Shown: one piece after another, positions 1 to 13,500 of the stretch | Layout of the letters: each line of letters opens with the position of its first letter | Numbering within the stretch: the first letter of the stretch is position 1 | Source of the DNA: Pocillopora damicornis | Lineage: Eukaryota | Direction of reading: 5' to 3' | DNA length: 64,000 nt | NCBI RefSeq assembly: GCF_003704095.1 | Contig: NW_020847349.1 | Span: forward strand, 124,001-188,000 | Notes under the pieces: generated by a model | What the model saw: only the letters and a program-made list of their open reading frames with translations | The model's database searches: none | Told to the model about the DNA's origin: nothing | Translations under genes and position numbers: made by a program

Positions 1-339
1 AGAGCATATTCTGGTTTTACGTAAATGACTCTTTTTTCCCTCTCGTTTTTTGGCCATTTAATCACACCCGCACGTAGTTCTGCTTTCTCTTTCTTTTGGT
101 TTTTAATGAGTCACTGCTACTGACCCCTGATTTCCGGTCAAACATCAAGGAGGATTTTACTAAAAAATCTGTTTTAGGAAAGTAAATCTGTGTTTGTGTT
201 CAGTGAATGGCCGTCAGAGTAAATGATGCATGCACAACCTACTATAAGGTATCCTTTCTGTTAAGTCACGAACGTACAGCACTTTGCTATCGTGCAATGT
301 TGATGTTGTCTCACAGAAAGTACTGTTTTACGTCAACAG

Positions 340-1918
340 GGAATGTATGACTCACTGAGAAGGTAAGAACAGAAATGTGTTTTTAAAAGAATTGTGCAAC
401 TTCTTTCTTGTCAGTGACCCCTTGAACATTTTCACTGTAATTTGTTATGGCCTACAGCTACTAATTAAGACTGAAGGAAAATGGAATGAGGAGTTCAGTT
501 ACAAAAGTACACCGCGTTGTAGTTTTTGGCAAACTGATATATTCATGACGTAGATAATTCGACATGGGCAGTTTTTGTCTCTAAACAGAAAATTTACCTA
601 CTGAAGCTCGCTCGCCATTTTTTTAACGCAGACATTACTACGCGCTGCAAACGATTGGCTTGTCGCACATGATTACCTTTTTTCATCTGCAGAAAAACGA
701 TAACGCCATCCGTTCTTGAAGGACGTGAAGAAAGGATTCTAGAATCTCGCGGTTTGGGAGGGGAAGTGAGTCGCGTATTTGAGATTCCACTCGGGACAGG
801 CGGAGGTAAAATTAATCTAGCAAAAAACTGTTTTATGCACTACTTCTCAAGAAATTGAGAGCAAGGAAATTTTTTCTTTCTCGATTGGGTTGTAACCGAT
901 AGCCAGTGGTGCTATTGACAGCCGTTGTTTTGAGCAAACTGACCCAAGGGTGACTGGCTTTTACGAATATTTTGACGTTATAATGTTTATTTGCACAATA
1001 GAAAACTGGCCTAATGTAATTTGGATGGATTCACAGACAGATGAAAGTGCTGTCTTTCAAGATAAGGCCTCTTTAATTTGGAGTCTTCTTGTGTAAACAA
1101 AGACTTTGGATTAGTCAGTGCAAGGTCCTATATCATTTTTAAAACCGTTCACGTGCATGACAATACCTATAACCACACGATCGTTTGATAAAACGTAAAA
1201 AGGGATAATTTTAATACCTGAATGATAGGTGTAACTTTGTTTCAAATTTTCATAGAGTTGCTGAGACGAACAGCTAGTTCTGCTGATGTGAGATATCCTG
1301 CAGAGAGTAAGTAAACTCTAGCAGGAACGCTAAGTAATAAAACAATCTCTGTAAAATTTTATTTTGGTCATCGATTTTCTGAATCGACTTAAAAGCCCCC
1401 TGCATGACCACCCTAACCACTCTCCTCAGAGCAATGTTGAACTCCAGCTAAGAGGTTGAACAAGAATAGGCCATCGTGTATATATAGGGGGTGGTGAACA
1501 CGTCTGAAAACTGTTGCCACTGATTGCTAACCTTATACATCTACTTCAGTAGGTGACATTTATCCTTGGTCTGAATTACAACCTTTTTTCTGCGTCAGAG
1601 GTGAAATTGTATGCCGTTGTACAAAAAAAAAAAAAAAAGCAAAAACAACAACTTGTGAATGAACATGATGTTTTTATTGTTATGTTATAAGTCTTGGTAT
1701 TCACGGTTATAAATACACTATTGTAATTATTCTTCATTTGCACGATAGGAGAATTTCATGTCTTTGATCCACCAGTTCCGGTGTCGGCTCGTGTGTCAAC
1801 TCCAAGCCATGGGCCGCTGAATGATGCCGATTCAGCTTCTCGCAAATTCACCCTTGATTTTACAGGGACCCCTGGAATTAGCAAACGACTGGGACAGAAA
1901 GGAGCACATAAGGAATAG
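340..1918 (+). CDS. CCNB1IP1: 3' part of HEI10/CCNB1IP1 (meiotic crossover RING E3 ligase); 5' exons lie left of the window
   Basis: Phase-compatible AG/GT exons 340-362, 693-805, 1256-1306, 1749-1918 give GMYDSLRRKTITPSVLEG...KGAHKE*. This resembles recalled human CCNB1IP1 GLYDSLRLRNITIANHEG. The preceding exon (...SEKTTEKNRQYLKLQ) is seen in the duplicate at 57409-57500. The last two exons are inferred from phase only. Confidence 0.7.
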
Positions 1919-2648
1919 CTGGATTTTTACGTGACATTTTTGATACCCGATTATTGGTGTTGAAGCTAAGAGTGATATTTTACATTTATGTGGCTAATAT
2001 TTTCTCGTGCCTGTCGTAACGTAGAAGAAAAATACCCAGACTTTTTGTAAGCAAGTCTCTCTTTTTACGGTCATGGTAAGCAGGCAAATAAAAATTTTCT
2101 TGGTTAATAGTGGAAAATTCTTGTTTGCTGATCATTGCCAAAGAAAAAGGGTCCTTAAAAATGTGCGAAAACCGATAAACAGCAATAGTTTGTGTTCGGC
2201 GTCATTTTGTAACAACGACGCATTTTGTGATAAAGGTTGCGCATTTTGTAATAGGTATTGCAGCATTTTGAAGACGGGCTACACATTTTGAAATAATATC
2301 TGCAGTATTCTGTATCAATCGTCGGTTGAAGTAATTTATAACAACATCTTGATGCAATGCAAATTCTAATAATCTTAACTTTGCTACAAAGCACCTAGGA
2401 AAAGTAATGTTAAAGGTTACCGTCAAATATCGCACTTTGTTCGTGCGTGATATCGCCGATATATCGGCGATATCTCGGAACAGCCGTTGAAGTGTTTTCT
2501 GGGACTAATCACCGACATGTAGGTTTCATTGGAGGACATTTGAAACTTTTGTTCAAAGGTAAGGCGACCCTTGCAAAATCTACGTTTTCCAGACGTCACT
2601 CCGATTTTCCTGTTAGTTAGACCGGCAGAGTCTTGTTTGCTGCGTTCT

Positions 2649-2708
2649 TATATACTTCAGCTTTCTGCGAGAGGTGTCTAGTGATCAGCTCTACAAAAAG
2701 TACAAAAG
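2649..2708 (+). promoter_or_regulatory. Candidate TATA-like element and short non-coding first exon of receptor copy A
   Basis: TATATA at 2649-2654, donor AG|GTAAGA after 2708; both conserved in copy A' (20964-20969; donor at 20910/20909, - strand). Confidence 0.4.
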
Positions 2709-4537
2709 GTAAGACATTTTATTGTTTTTTTTTTTGTAACTTTGCAACAAGGTTATGAGGTGTGCAGGTGAAATTTAGCCGGGGTGGATGGATGTAGGAA
2801 AACTGTTTTTGATATTTTTTTCCTAATTTGATCCATCAAAATAACGATTAAGGTTGCAAGCTTCTTCAAAAAGTAATTTCATGAGCACGCCGGTGGCTGA
2901 AACACTTTACTTTTGAATTTCTGTACATATAGAATGAGATACTACTTTGTGAGATTATGCACAGGCATGCGTTTTTTAGTTGACCTCTTATACTTGCAAG
3001 TAGGTCGTCAGTCAGTATACATTTCCATCGGCGCTGTAGTTATTCTAAAATCTATTCCCAAGAAAGGCTTTCTTTTCTTAACTGAATTTGGATCTATGGG
3101 CAAAGTTTCCTCTACCTACCGACTCTGCCAGGCCAGCATTGCGTTATGGCAGACATTCCTAAGATTTCATCCCATTGTAAACACCAGCTGTAACTGTCAT
3201 GCCTTAAGGAATGTGCCGAGACAAAACTCGGTCGTATTTATTACTCTAGTGTCTCTATGACCTTGGAATGAACTTACTGCTGACTGAGCCGGCCTTTGGA
3301 TAGTCCACTAATAACTTGTTCGTTAGCAAATTAGTATAGATTTATTATTTTTTTATTCATAATAAAATGAATTTTATATGCTATTTACTGTCGCAAATAA
3401 TGAATTGCAGTACAGATGGGCTCTGAAATTACGCCCTTTGTTTTGGATCTCGAAATTCTCAGAATTCAAGATGTTTCTAAGTATTTTTGTTAAATAAACA
3501 AAATCTCGTACAGTTTTGTTTTCTTTATTCACCTCTCACCTTAAGTAAATTTCCTCTCGAAAAATGAACAATGACAATTGAAACAAGTATGATTTCATTT
3601 TTTGTACTTGACCTTCATCAGGAATTTCCAGGTGTCGATATGTCGCAATATAGGTATGTCATTGAATTAAGCGAACAGTGATAGTTTTCGTGCACTCAAG
3701 GACAGGCTAGGTGATTATGTAAATCTGCGTTTCCGATTTCCGTTGGATAATCTTTTGCTGCGGATATGTATCACAACAAAATAAACATGCGTCATTGACC
3801 GAGCGAAAGGTCAGGATGCCTTGCAGTGAACTGCGAATTATTTGTTTTGGCTACTTTGAAGACTTGCGATGCGATCCCATTGTTAAACAAGTAGCAGAAG
3901 TTTGGCGAAAGCCATGAACTATTTGCACCGGTTACGACATTTTTGCAAGTTTGTTTGTTTTTTTTTCCAGGATCATCGCGGGTAATCAATGAGAAGCATC
4001 TCATTACCTTTCCGAGTTAAAGTAAAAGACAGGCTTAAGACTGAGTGTAGGAAACAGACCAGTAGAACAAAAACTTTTTTTTACCGGCTGATGTTGAAAC
4101 TTACTGATCCCAAACAAAATACTCACACTGTTGTCTTCCGGTTAGAGTTTGGCGTTCATTGTTCTACTGAGCACCATACCTTGTTTGAAAGCCTTGAAAC
4201 TGTGTACGGAGAGGACCCTTGTCATTACAATGAAGAAAAGTCGATTTTGTTATGATAGTGCCGTTTTTGCAGTTTTTAAAATGTGAGCAAAGGAATTATT
4301 GAAAGAAAAGATGTAACTCTAAAAAAATAATAAAATATTTTTAATGCAGAAAATATGTCCGATGTGCATGTCTTTACAAACACGCCATTATGGCAATCTT
4401 GACATCGCTGATTAGTGATAACACATTATTTAAGTGTGGTCTCGTTTTTTAGGTATTGCAAAATCATCTCCTAAAATTTGTCATTCATATATTTTAGAAC
4501 CAATTAGCTGCGACTTCAGATAGTTGGGCCTGAAGGA

Positions 4538-7500
4538 ATGTATTCTGGCATGATGGCTGAACGTGGTTTACTAACACTCATAACTTTTGCCCTGCTGTCT
4601 ATCAGTCAAGGTAAGTATGAATAGGGAAGGGGTGGGTGGTGCGCAGTTGCTCAGGTACTGACACTGAAGCTACATATTCTCTGTTGCCTTTTAGAAAGGC
4701 TTATTTAAGGTGGCTCACATGGCCATTTTTATTTTTCAACACATTAATTCATTATGAATTGTATCATCTACACTTTTTCAATTCTTTCTTAAGGAATGGT
4801 GTCCAAAAATGCCCAATCAGGCTTACATACTTGTTGTGCTTTAGAGAAAAACCCTTATTTCAGTCTTAATGCGCCTGTAATATGAAAACGAGATCAGTTG
4901 CCCCCTTTCTTATTACGATTCAGTCAAAATATCAAGTTTTTTTCACTTACTCTGTTGTAACAGTTTATCAAGATTTCAAGAGTCCAGTATTGAACGAAAG
5001 GGTGGAAGTTGCTCACAAGACTGAATTTTATTCTTACGAAAGCTTATACGAACCAATCCTCACGAAAGCGGAAACGAACTGATCTTAATGAAAGTGAAAA
5101 CAAAGTGATCCTAATGGAAGCGAAAACGAAGTGACCTTAACGAGAGCGAAATCGAATTTTAACCTTTAAGCATTTAAGAGGCTATGTCTGTCATGTTCAC
5201 TTGGAGTTTTGTCGTAAATGTACGAGAAACATTTTCGCAGTGACAGACGCTTGTTCTTTAGTTCTTTTGTCCACAAGCAATATTTATGTTTTGCTTTTTT
5301 GACCTACAGGTTTGGAAAATTGTACAGAGCCGTGTCTCATATACACTGTTTCAAATAGAATTGACGCAATTGAGTTAGCTTCGTCCAGAGTGGTGAACCT
5401 GGTGTCCAATCTTACGTTACCGCTCGATCTTGATGTCCATGTAAGCGAAAGAACATTATACTGGAGCGATTCCAATCAACGTGTCATCAAACGTATGAAC
5501 ATGTCCAGTGGTGTCATGAAAGACATTATTACAGAAGACCATGGATATGTCGGTGACCTTGCCGTGGAATGGGAAAGTCGCCTTTTATATTGGACAGATT
5601 CGTTCTACCACAGGATTGAAGTTGCCTCCTTAGACGGCACCAAAAGAAAGGTGCTCTTCAGCGAGTCCTTGAGCTATCCGGCTGGAATAGCGGTGCACCC
5701 AAAGAAAGGGTGAGTAGAAAGTGTAAAATGTTCGCATCTATTTGAGGTGAGGTAGTTTGCGTCTCAAGGAATGAAAATTTGGCAAAGTATCTTTTTGCAG
5801 TGACATGGTTTTTCATAGAAGGGCTTGAAAATGGAATGAATTAACGGTCACTGACCTACAGAAAACAATGAGACATTATTTTCCCCTGCCGTCATGAGAA
5901 TTATGCTTGCTCCATTATCTCTGAAAACGTACTCAGTGAGTTATTTAAACTTATAACAGTACTAGCATTAAAAATTAGGAACAGTCATCGACGATGGTCA
6001 TTTTTATTTACAATGTCACCCTTGAAGCCCTTATTTGTAACCTGCGATGAGGCGTTCCTTAATTTGAATTTTGCTGGGAGGGCGAAGCACCAGCAAAAAG
6101 AACGTACGATCTGAGAGAGACCCTGTTTCCTTCTTTCAGATGGATGTTTTGGACAGATGTGTCGAGAACTACCAAGATTGAACGAGCAAACCTTGCTGGC
6201 TTTGAGCGAACTGTCCTGGTCGATCTCACCAATTCATCTCAGTTCTGGCCAAATGCTATTTCCGTAGACTATACTAACGATCGCATCATTTGGGTTGATG
6301 CCTGGACTGGTGCAGTTGATTCGGCTGACTTTCAAGGGCAAAACAGACGAATGGTGGCATCTCAAGTTCCCATGTATCCGTATGACTTCATTCTCCATGG
6401 CGACACGCTTTACTGGAGCGACTGGGTAGAAGATGCTATCGAGATGCTTAATTGGACTACTGGCGATTACTTAGGAAACTTCAGCGCCGTGGTTTCCGGC
6501 AGTGTTTATGGTCTCGGTCTACTTGATAAATCAAGACAACCAGCGTCAGCAGGTAATAAAGGTTAAGTTAAGTCTTTCAGTTTCCCATGAACATCGTCCT
6601 GTTTTTTGCTGATAAAACTCTAGCTTGATGTACCTTGAGGGGCTTGTACAGGCAAGTTTGGAATAGAATTCTACCTCCCTTGGTCAAGCTTAAAGATATG
6701 GTAACAAAAAAGAAGAATATATGTACATGTTATACGTGAAAAATCAAGAATACAATGAATATTGATGCAAAGGAAAGGACGAAAATATGTTTCTTTTTTT
6801 GATTTCTCTACTAGATAAAAAGAGCCATATTCTCTTTCTGCAATTAGTATTGAACAAAACTGGACATAGATATTTTAAAATGAGAAATCCTGTTATTTCA
6901 CAACTGTAGTTCAGTTTCAATTACAATGGCAATTAAATCTGTTTGAAATTTGAAATTCACTTAAAAGGTTCTCTTCCTTTTAGAAAGTCAGCTCTGTAAG
7001 ATAGACAACGGAGGCTGTAGTTACTTGTGCCTTTTGACACCTAACGGATCTCTTTGCGCCTGTCCTGATGGCATTCCTTTCTCAAAAGATGGTAAACGCT
7101 GCCTTGCAGGTAAGAATTTTCTTTTTCTGCCAGGGGATATTTTAATGATGGTTATTGCCATACGTTTACTAGTTGCTGATCCTGATTTAAATGTTCAAAT
7201 AAAAAACTTTACGAAGCCTAAACTGAAACCAAAAATGACGACATCGAGAAGATCGTTTTAATTAGGGAAGGTCAGATCGGTCAATGCCGTTCATTGGAAA
7301 GTGAATGCCGCCCACTTACGGTTAAAATTTTATTTTTAGTGACCATTTCTTGATTTTCTGATTGTTACTTGCGAAATAAATCGATTTTGTAATAAATTGA
7401 CCATATCAGCGCTTTGTAAAAAGAACAATGAAAACAAATTAAGGCTGATCGATGTTACTAGCCATCTTGGGAAAAGGCTGCTGCTTATAGTAATGTGACA

Positions 7501-10419
7501 AAGGTGAGTGCTGCATAAAAACGACTGTAAAGAAAGCAAAGAACTCGGCTAAAAGAGGTTATGAGTAAGTCAAAACGTCCCCAAGACTCTATATATCTCA
7601 GTGATCTATTAACAATGTCTGGAATACTTTAAATGTCACCTAGAATCCGAGACCCTGTTCTCCACTACCTGGAAATTGTAAAAGGACTTTTCCATTAAAA
7701 TCCTTCTCATCTCAGTTTCAGAGATAACAACATTTCTTCTCTTTACTGAGGGATCAAACCTGAGACAAATGGCTTTCAACGCTACAACGTCACGGAGAAT
7801 CCCCCTCAAAGTACCTGTGTCGCAACCCATCGCGCTGGATTTTGACTTTTTGGAAGAAAAAGTCTACTGGACAGACATAACACTAGGAACAATCTCTCGA
7901 GCGTATCTCAATGGATCATCTCAGGAGACCGTGGTGAGAGGTGGGCTCAACAACCCATATGGACTTGCTGTAGATCCGTTTGGTCGGAATATTTACTGGA
8001 CGGACAGCGCAGAGCACGTTATTGAAATAGCATCCACAGATGGACTCTACAGACGAGTACTCATTAAGGATAAGTTGCAAAATCCAAGGGATATTATCTT
8101 AGACGTCACTCGAGGGTATACAAATGTATCTCATTCTTTATGTGATTGTTTTAAAGATTATTCTAGTCAGCTTGTGTGAGGCTTTTAGTTTCAGCGTGCG
8201 CCAAAAATCAGTAAATTCGTGAATTCGTTAGACAAAATTCGATAGAAAAGTTGTTTGTCATTGAAGTGTTATATTTAGTTATGTGCAAAATGATTGGCCA
8301 GTTGCTGCGAATGATGTCAGATGTGATTGTTTCTTTGCGAGCCATATCACCAGTAGTATCTTAATTTCGTCAAGAAACAATATCGATGCAAAATGAATAG
8401 GAATATTATTTTTTTCTTTTCTTTTTTTTTCTTTTGTTTCGAAAAGTTTTTTCCAATTTTTGTTTTTATTTTACTTCTGCTTTTTTTTCTTGCTTTTCAC
8501 CACCAATAGCTACATGTATTGGACGGACTGGGGGTGGGACGAGAGGATTGAGCGAGCAGATATGGATGGCACAAACAGAAGAGTGATTACTCGTTATGGG
8601 CTGCTTTATCCTAACGGTCTAACTCTAGATGTTTCTAGGAATTGGCTCTACTGGATCGATACTTCTTATGGAAAATTGGAAGTGTACGAGTTTCCATCTA
8701 ACACAAGGAGAACCATAATACCCGCATATAGGGAACCATTTCTTACTTCTCCATTGGGGCTGACACTCTATGGGAGTAATTTCTTTTGGACTGACACGCA
8801 TCTTAATGGAATATATCGAGCGGACCGTAACACTGGAGGAAACGCTTCAAAAGTCCTATCTACTTCTTCTCGGCCAGCTTTGATTCATGCGTATGACAGG
8901 AACATGAATATTACTCCAGGTATAATTCAACCTCGATTATCACATTTATAGAATAGAAGTAGTGCGTAAAACGTACAACCGAAGGCTCGTATTTCATTAA
9001 TTGCGGAACACAACCAAGCCGAGAAGATCTGGTTATCTCGTGATACGCAAAATGGTATTTTGCGTGCACGACAAACTGTACTATGGGTACAACACGAGAT
9101 ACTATTTGAGCACGAGTCTAGGTGAACTTATTCTATCGCATGTTAGTTGCTTATGAAGTTGGACGGTTTTTCTTGGCCCACACTGTACTTATCGTGACAT
9201 GTATTTAAAGTAAAGTGGTTTTGCCCTTTGGTCACATGTTCTGTTTGTAATATGGGCCTTTCCGCGAATATTTGATGTACATTAAAGTATTTGGTTTGTG
9301 CATTAAGAAGAACGGTTGCTTTCGTGCTAGTTGCTTTACTCTCTCTTAATGCAACACCAGAGATCCAACCAGTAAAAAGCAGCCGTTAACGGTTACATAT
9401 TTGCTTTCAGTTCTCATTTATTATCATTATCGTTATCGTTATCGTTATCGTTATCGTTATCGTTATCGTTATCGTTATCGTTATCGTTATTATTACTATT
9501 ATTATTATTAGTTGTTGTATTGGCCCTTGCAATTCATTCTTGTTCCGTTTCCATTTTAATTCTTGGCAACTTGTGTAAAATTTAGACAAGATGAAGGTGT
9601 ATTCACCTAAGTATGTTATTTTGTAGTAACGGATCAGTGCATGAATCAAAATGGTGGATGCAGTCACTTCTGCATACTCTCAACCAGTGGTAAAAAATGT
9701 ATGTGTTCTGCGGGGTTTTATCTTCAAGACGACGGAAAAGGTTGTAAAGGTAATAAATCAAAACATCCATTACACACCTGAGTTTGACTAAAACAGAGTG
9801 GCGTGTCTTGGAAATATTTTAATTTCTCTTTCTCAACAAGCACTATTTATCTCTTAAAGTGTTTATGACACAACTTTTCCCGTAGATTGGTAACGATTTA
9901 ATTAAAAATATTAATGTTTTTCATTTTTTTTAGATTTACTGTTTATAATACGAAACATAATGTTCTGCGGTAATTATAGATATCCACGTTCTTTTTCAAA
10001 AGCGTTCAGAGGCAAAATTCAAGAAACGGAATAAATTGATGAGAAGGAAAGGAGTTACTCCGACTTGTTTCGTTATTTCACTATTTGAAGCTGAGCAAGT
10101 AACGAAACTAATTACTTTGATTTTTTCAATCAAGTTTTCACAAGGGAATAATAATGTTTTTGATCGTGCGGAATTGTTAAAACTCAGGGATATCCAGAGG
10201 ATATTACTCTAGTGATATTCCTCAAAGGCGGTGTCTCCTTCCAGAAAAAAAGAGGCCTTTGCATCAGTGATCTTAAGAGTAAACTTCCTTATCGCAGTGT
10301 GCAAACATTGTAATACATTTAAATGTCTTCCTACAGCTCAAAGAGAGATCCTGCTTTGTGCAGATTATTCATATGACAAGATAATGAGGGTTTCTCCGCA
10401 CGACTCTGGATCATTTAAT
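4538..10419 (+). CDS. LRP-like YWTD-propeller/EGF receptor, copy A, 5' part (signal peptide, propeller 1, EGF, propeller 2, EGF, start of propeller 3); cut by gap
   Basis: Exons 4538-4610 (MYSGMMAERGLLTLITFALLSISQG signal), 5310-5709, 6140-6552, 6984-7109 (EGF CKIDNGGCSYLC..CAC..C), 7722-8115, 8510-8919, 9627-9749 (EGF), 10337-10419. All are AG/GT and phase-compatible, with repeated YWTD/YWSD motifs. Confidence 0.9.
9420..9510. repeat. (TTATCG)n grading into (TTA)n microsatellite, intronic
   Basis: Seen directly; the equivalent position in copy A' is an N gap (13988-14118). Confidence 0.9.
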
Positions 10420-10519
10420 NNNNNNNNNNNNNNNNNNNNNNNNNNNNNNNNNNNNNNNNNNNNNNNNNNNNNNNNNNNNNNNNNNNNNNNNNNNNNNNNN
10501 NNNNNNNNNNNNNNNNNNN

Positions 10520-13500
10520 AACTTAGCAGCACCACCCTCTTATTTTGATTCATATCCAGATATTCTATTTTTCCGTAGCTGGCATCGATCCAATACAAGC
10601 GGTTTCTCTTTCTGTCAAGTGTGAGACCGTTTGGCCGATACAGTCCTGAGCTAACGATAACGACACGTTTTCTGCCTGTCATTTCAGCCTTTTCGATTTT
10701 TGCGTTAGCGCCCCGGTCTGTCCAATACATCACTCTATAAACAAAAATGTTATGCAAAACATGAGTAGTAAGCGACTTGTTGACAACTTTGACTAAATGA
10801 AAAAGAATCAAAGATAATTATTAATAAACAAACAATTGTACGTAATTTCTTGGGTATAACTTGACTNNNNNNNNNNNNNNNNNNNNNNNNNNNNNNNNNN
10901 NNNNNNNNNNNNNNNNNNNNNNNNNNNNNNNNNNNNNNNNNNNNNNNNNNNNNNNNNNNNNNNNNNNNNNNNNNNNNNNNNNNNNNNNNNNNNNNNNNNN
11001 NNNNNNNNNNNNNNNNNNNNNNNNNNNNNNNNNNNNNNNNNNNNNNNNNNNNNNNNNNNNNNNNNNNNNNNNNNNNNNNNNNNNNNNNNNNNNNNNNNNN
11101 NNNNNNNNNNNNNNNNNNNNNNNNNNNNNNNNNNNNNNNNNNNNNNNNNNNNNNNNNNNNNNNNNNNNNNNNNNNNNNNNNNNNNNNNNNNNNNNNNNNN
11201 NNNNNNNNNNNNNNNNNNNNNNNNNNNNNNNNNNNNNNNNNNNNNNNNNNNNNNNNNNNNNNNNNNNNNNNNNNNNNNNNNNNNNNNNNNNNNNNNNNNN
11301 NNCGGGAAAGCGCGCGGACAGTCTGGACACGACTCTATTACGACTTCCGGTGTTAGCGTTGCCGTTTTCCCCAACAAGTTCAGGACGTCAGTACAAAGTT
11401 CATATGCCACGTCATATACCGGAAATGGTCCAATCAGAGCACGCAAAAAAGTATTTGTGACCTGTGTGATATATACTAATTATCTAAATACAAATACAAA
11501 TGTGTATAAATAAGCAAAAAAGGAACGAAGACGAACAGCGTTTGGGAGGACAGTTCATGTTACGTTATTGACGTTTGTACGTTTGATAATTCCACCAAAC
11601 ATCGATAGATTTTTAGACCTTTTTTTCAAATCTGTTGAAAATTGTAGTCGCCTATAAAATTTTTCATTCGCCACGGCGACCAAAACGGTCGCAGCTTGGA
11701 GCGCTAAAACTATTGAACGCCTATGACCGTTTTAAATTTAGAATCTGTCCATCCCCTTGCCTATTTAACTTAAATACTAATCCATCTGTTAACTGCAACT
11801 AACCTCCTATATACATCCAGAATAATGTCCATGGGTTGATCTATGTTATGAATCATGAGAGCCATCCGACGAGAACCGTCCAGTTTAGAAACTTCCAACA
11901 TACTTTTTCCTGCACTGGTCCAATAAAGATTTCTTCCAACACTGTCCACTGCTAGTCCGTACGTGGTGGTCAAGTTCTCGTCAATTATGGTCTCATGGGA
12001 AGAACCATTAAGAAATGCGCGGGAGATCTTTCCATCTTGTGTCCAATACAGTCTGTCTTCTACTTGATCATAGTCCAGCGCGAAAGGACTAGAGATGTTT
12101 GAAAATGGCAATGGATCACGTGATCCAGAGTCGTGCGGAGAAACCCTCATTATCTTGTTATATGAATAATCTGCATAAAGCAGGATCTCTCTTTGAGCTG
12201 AAGGAAAACATTTATACTTATTACAATGTTTGCACACTGCGATAAGGAAGTCTACTTTTAAGATCACTGATGCAAAGGCCTTTCTTTTTCTGGAAGGAGT
12301 CACCGCCTTTCCAAAAACAATAATAGGCAGTGGCTACTAGTAATTTAAAGGATTGAATGGAAACACATACAAAATGTAAAACCTGCTTCATAGTAGTATC
12401 CTGTGTCACTTGAGAAAAAATGATTCAATTTTGAACATGCAAGATGGCTGATGTACTGGGACGTTACTAAAGAATGGCTGATTTACTGGGACGTTACTAA
12501 ATGCAGGAATGAGGAATGGAGAATGAGGAGTGGGGAGCGGGGAGCGGGGAGCGGGGAGTGGGAAATGGTGAATGGGAAATGAAGAACGGGGAATGGAGAA
12601 CGGGGAATGGAGAACGGGGAATGGGGAATGGGGAATGGGGAATGGGGAATGGGGAATGGGGAATGGGGAATGGGGAATGGGGAATGGGGAATGGGGAATG
12701 GAGAATGGGGAATGGGGAATGGGAAATGGGAAATGGGAAATGGGAAATGGGAAATGGAAAATGGAAAATGGAAAATGGGAAAATGAGAATGGGGAATGGG
12801 GAATGGGGAATGGGAAATGGGAAAAGGAGAATGGGGAACGGGGAATGGGGAATGGGAAATGGAAAATATGGAATGGGAAATGGAGAATGGGAAATGGAAA
12901 ATGAAGAATGGGGAATGGGGAATGGGGAATGGGAAATGAAAAACGTGGAAAGAGAAATGGAAAATAGGGAATGGGGAATAGGGAATAGGGAATGGGGAAT
13001 GGGGAATGGGGAATGAGGAATGAGGAATGAGGAATTAGGAATGGGAAATGGTGAATGAGGAATGTGGAATGAGGAATGGGGAATAGGGAATGGGGAATGA
13101 GGAATGAGGAATGGAAATGAGGAATGAGGAATGAGGAATGGGGAATGGGAATTGGGAAATGAGAATTGGGAAATGAGAAATGAGAAGTGGCAAATGGGGA
13201 ACGACAAAACGATTCCTCTTCTTATTTTAAATTTAAAACGGAGACTTATCGTAGTGGACGCAGGCTTCAAAAATTGAGGAATATCACTTGGGTAATATCC
13301 TCCACATATTCCTGAGTTTTAGCCGGGGCATATTCGGTCACATCATGCCTTTAAACCAGTTGTTCACGGGAAAAAACATTATTATTCCCTCGTGAAAACT
13401 TGATTGACAAAATCAAAACAATTATTTTCGTTACTCGCTCAACAAAATAAGTCTAGGTAACTTCTTTCCTTCTCATCAATTTATTCCGTTCTTTGAACTT

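Noticed and set aside
5064-5156. 26-bp intronic tandem repeat (about 3.5 units), and GCATTTTG repeats at 2210-2290
   Set aside because: Short degenerate repeats with no evidence of function
9407-9667. ITITIT ORF
   Set aside because: Microsatellite translation
10808-11460. ORFs spanning N runs (also 13929, 37889, 49479, 58452)
   Set aside because: Artefacts of translating gaps
12497-13270. Long ORFs (PHSPFPI / GNGEWGM repeats)
   Set aside because: Translations of an intronic 7-mer satellite that is absent from the paralogous intron
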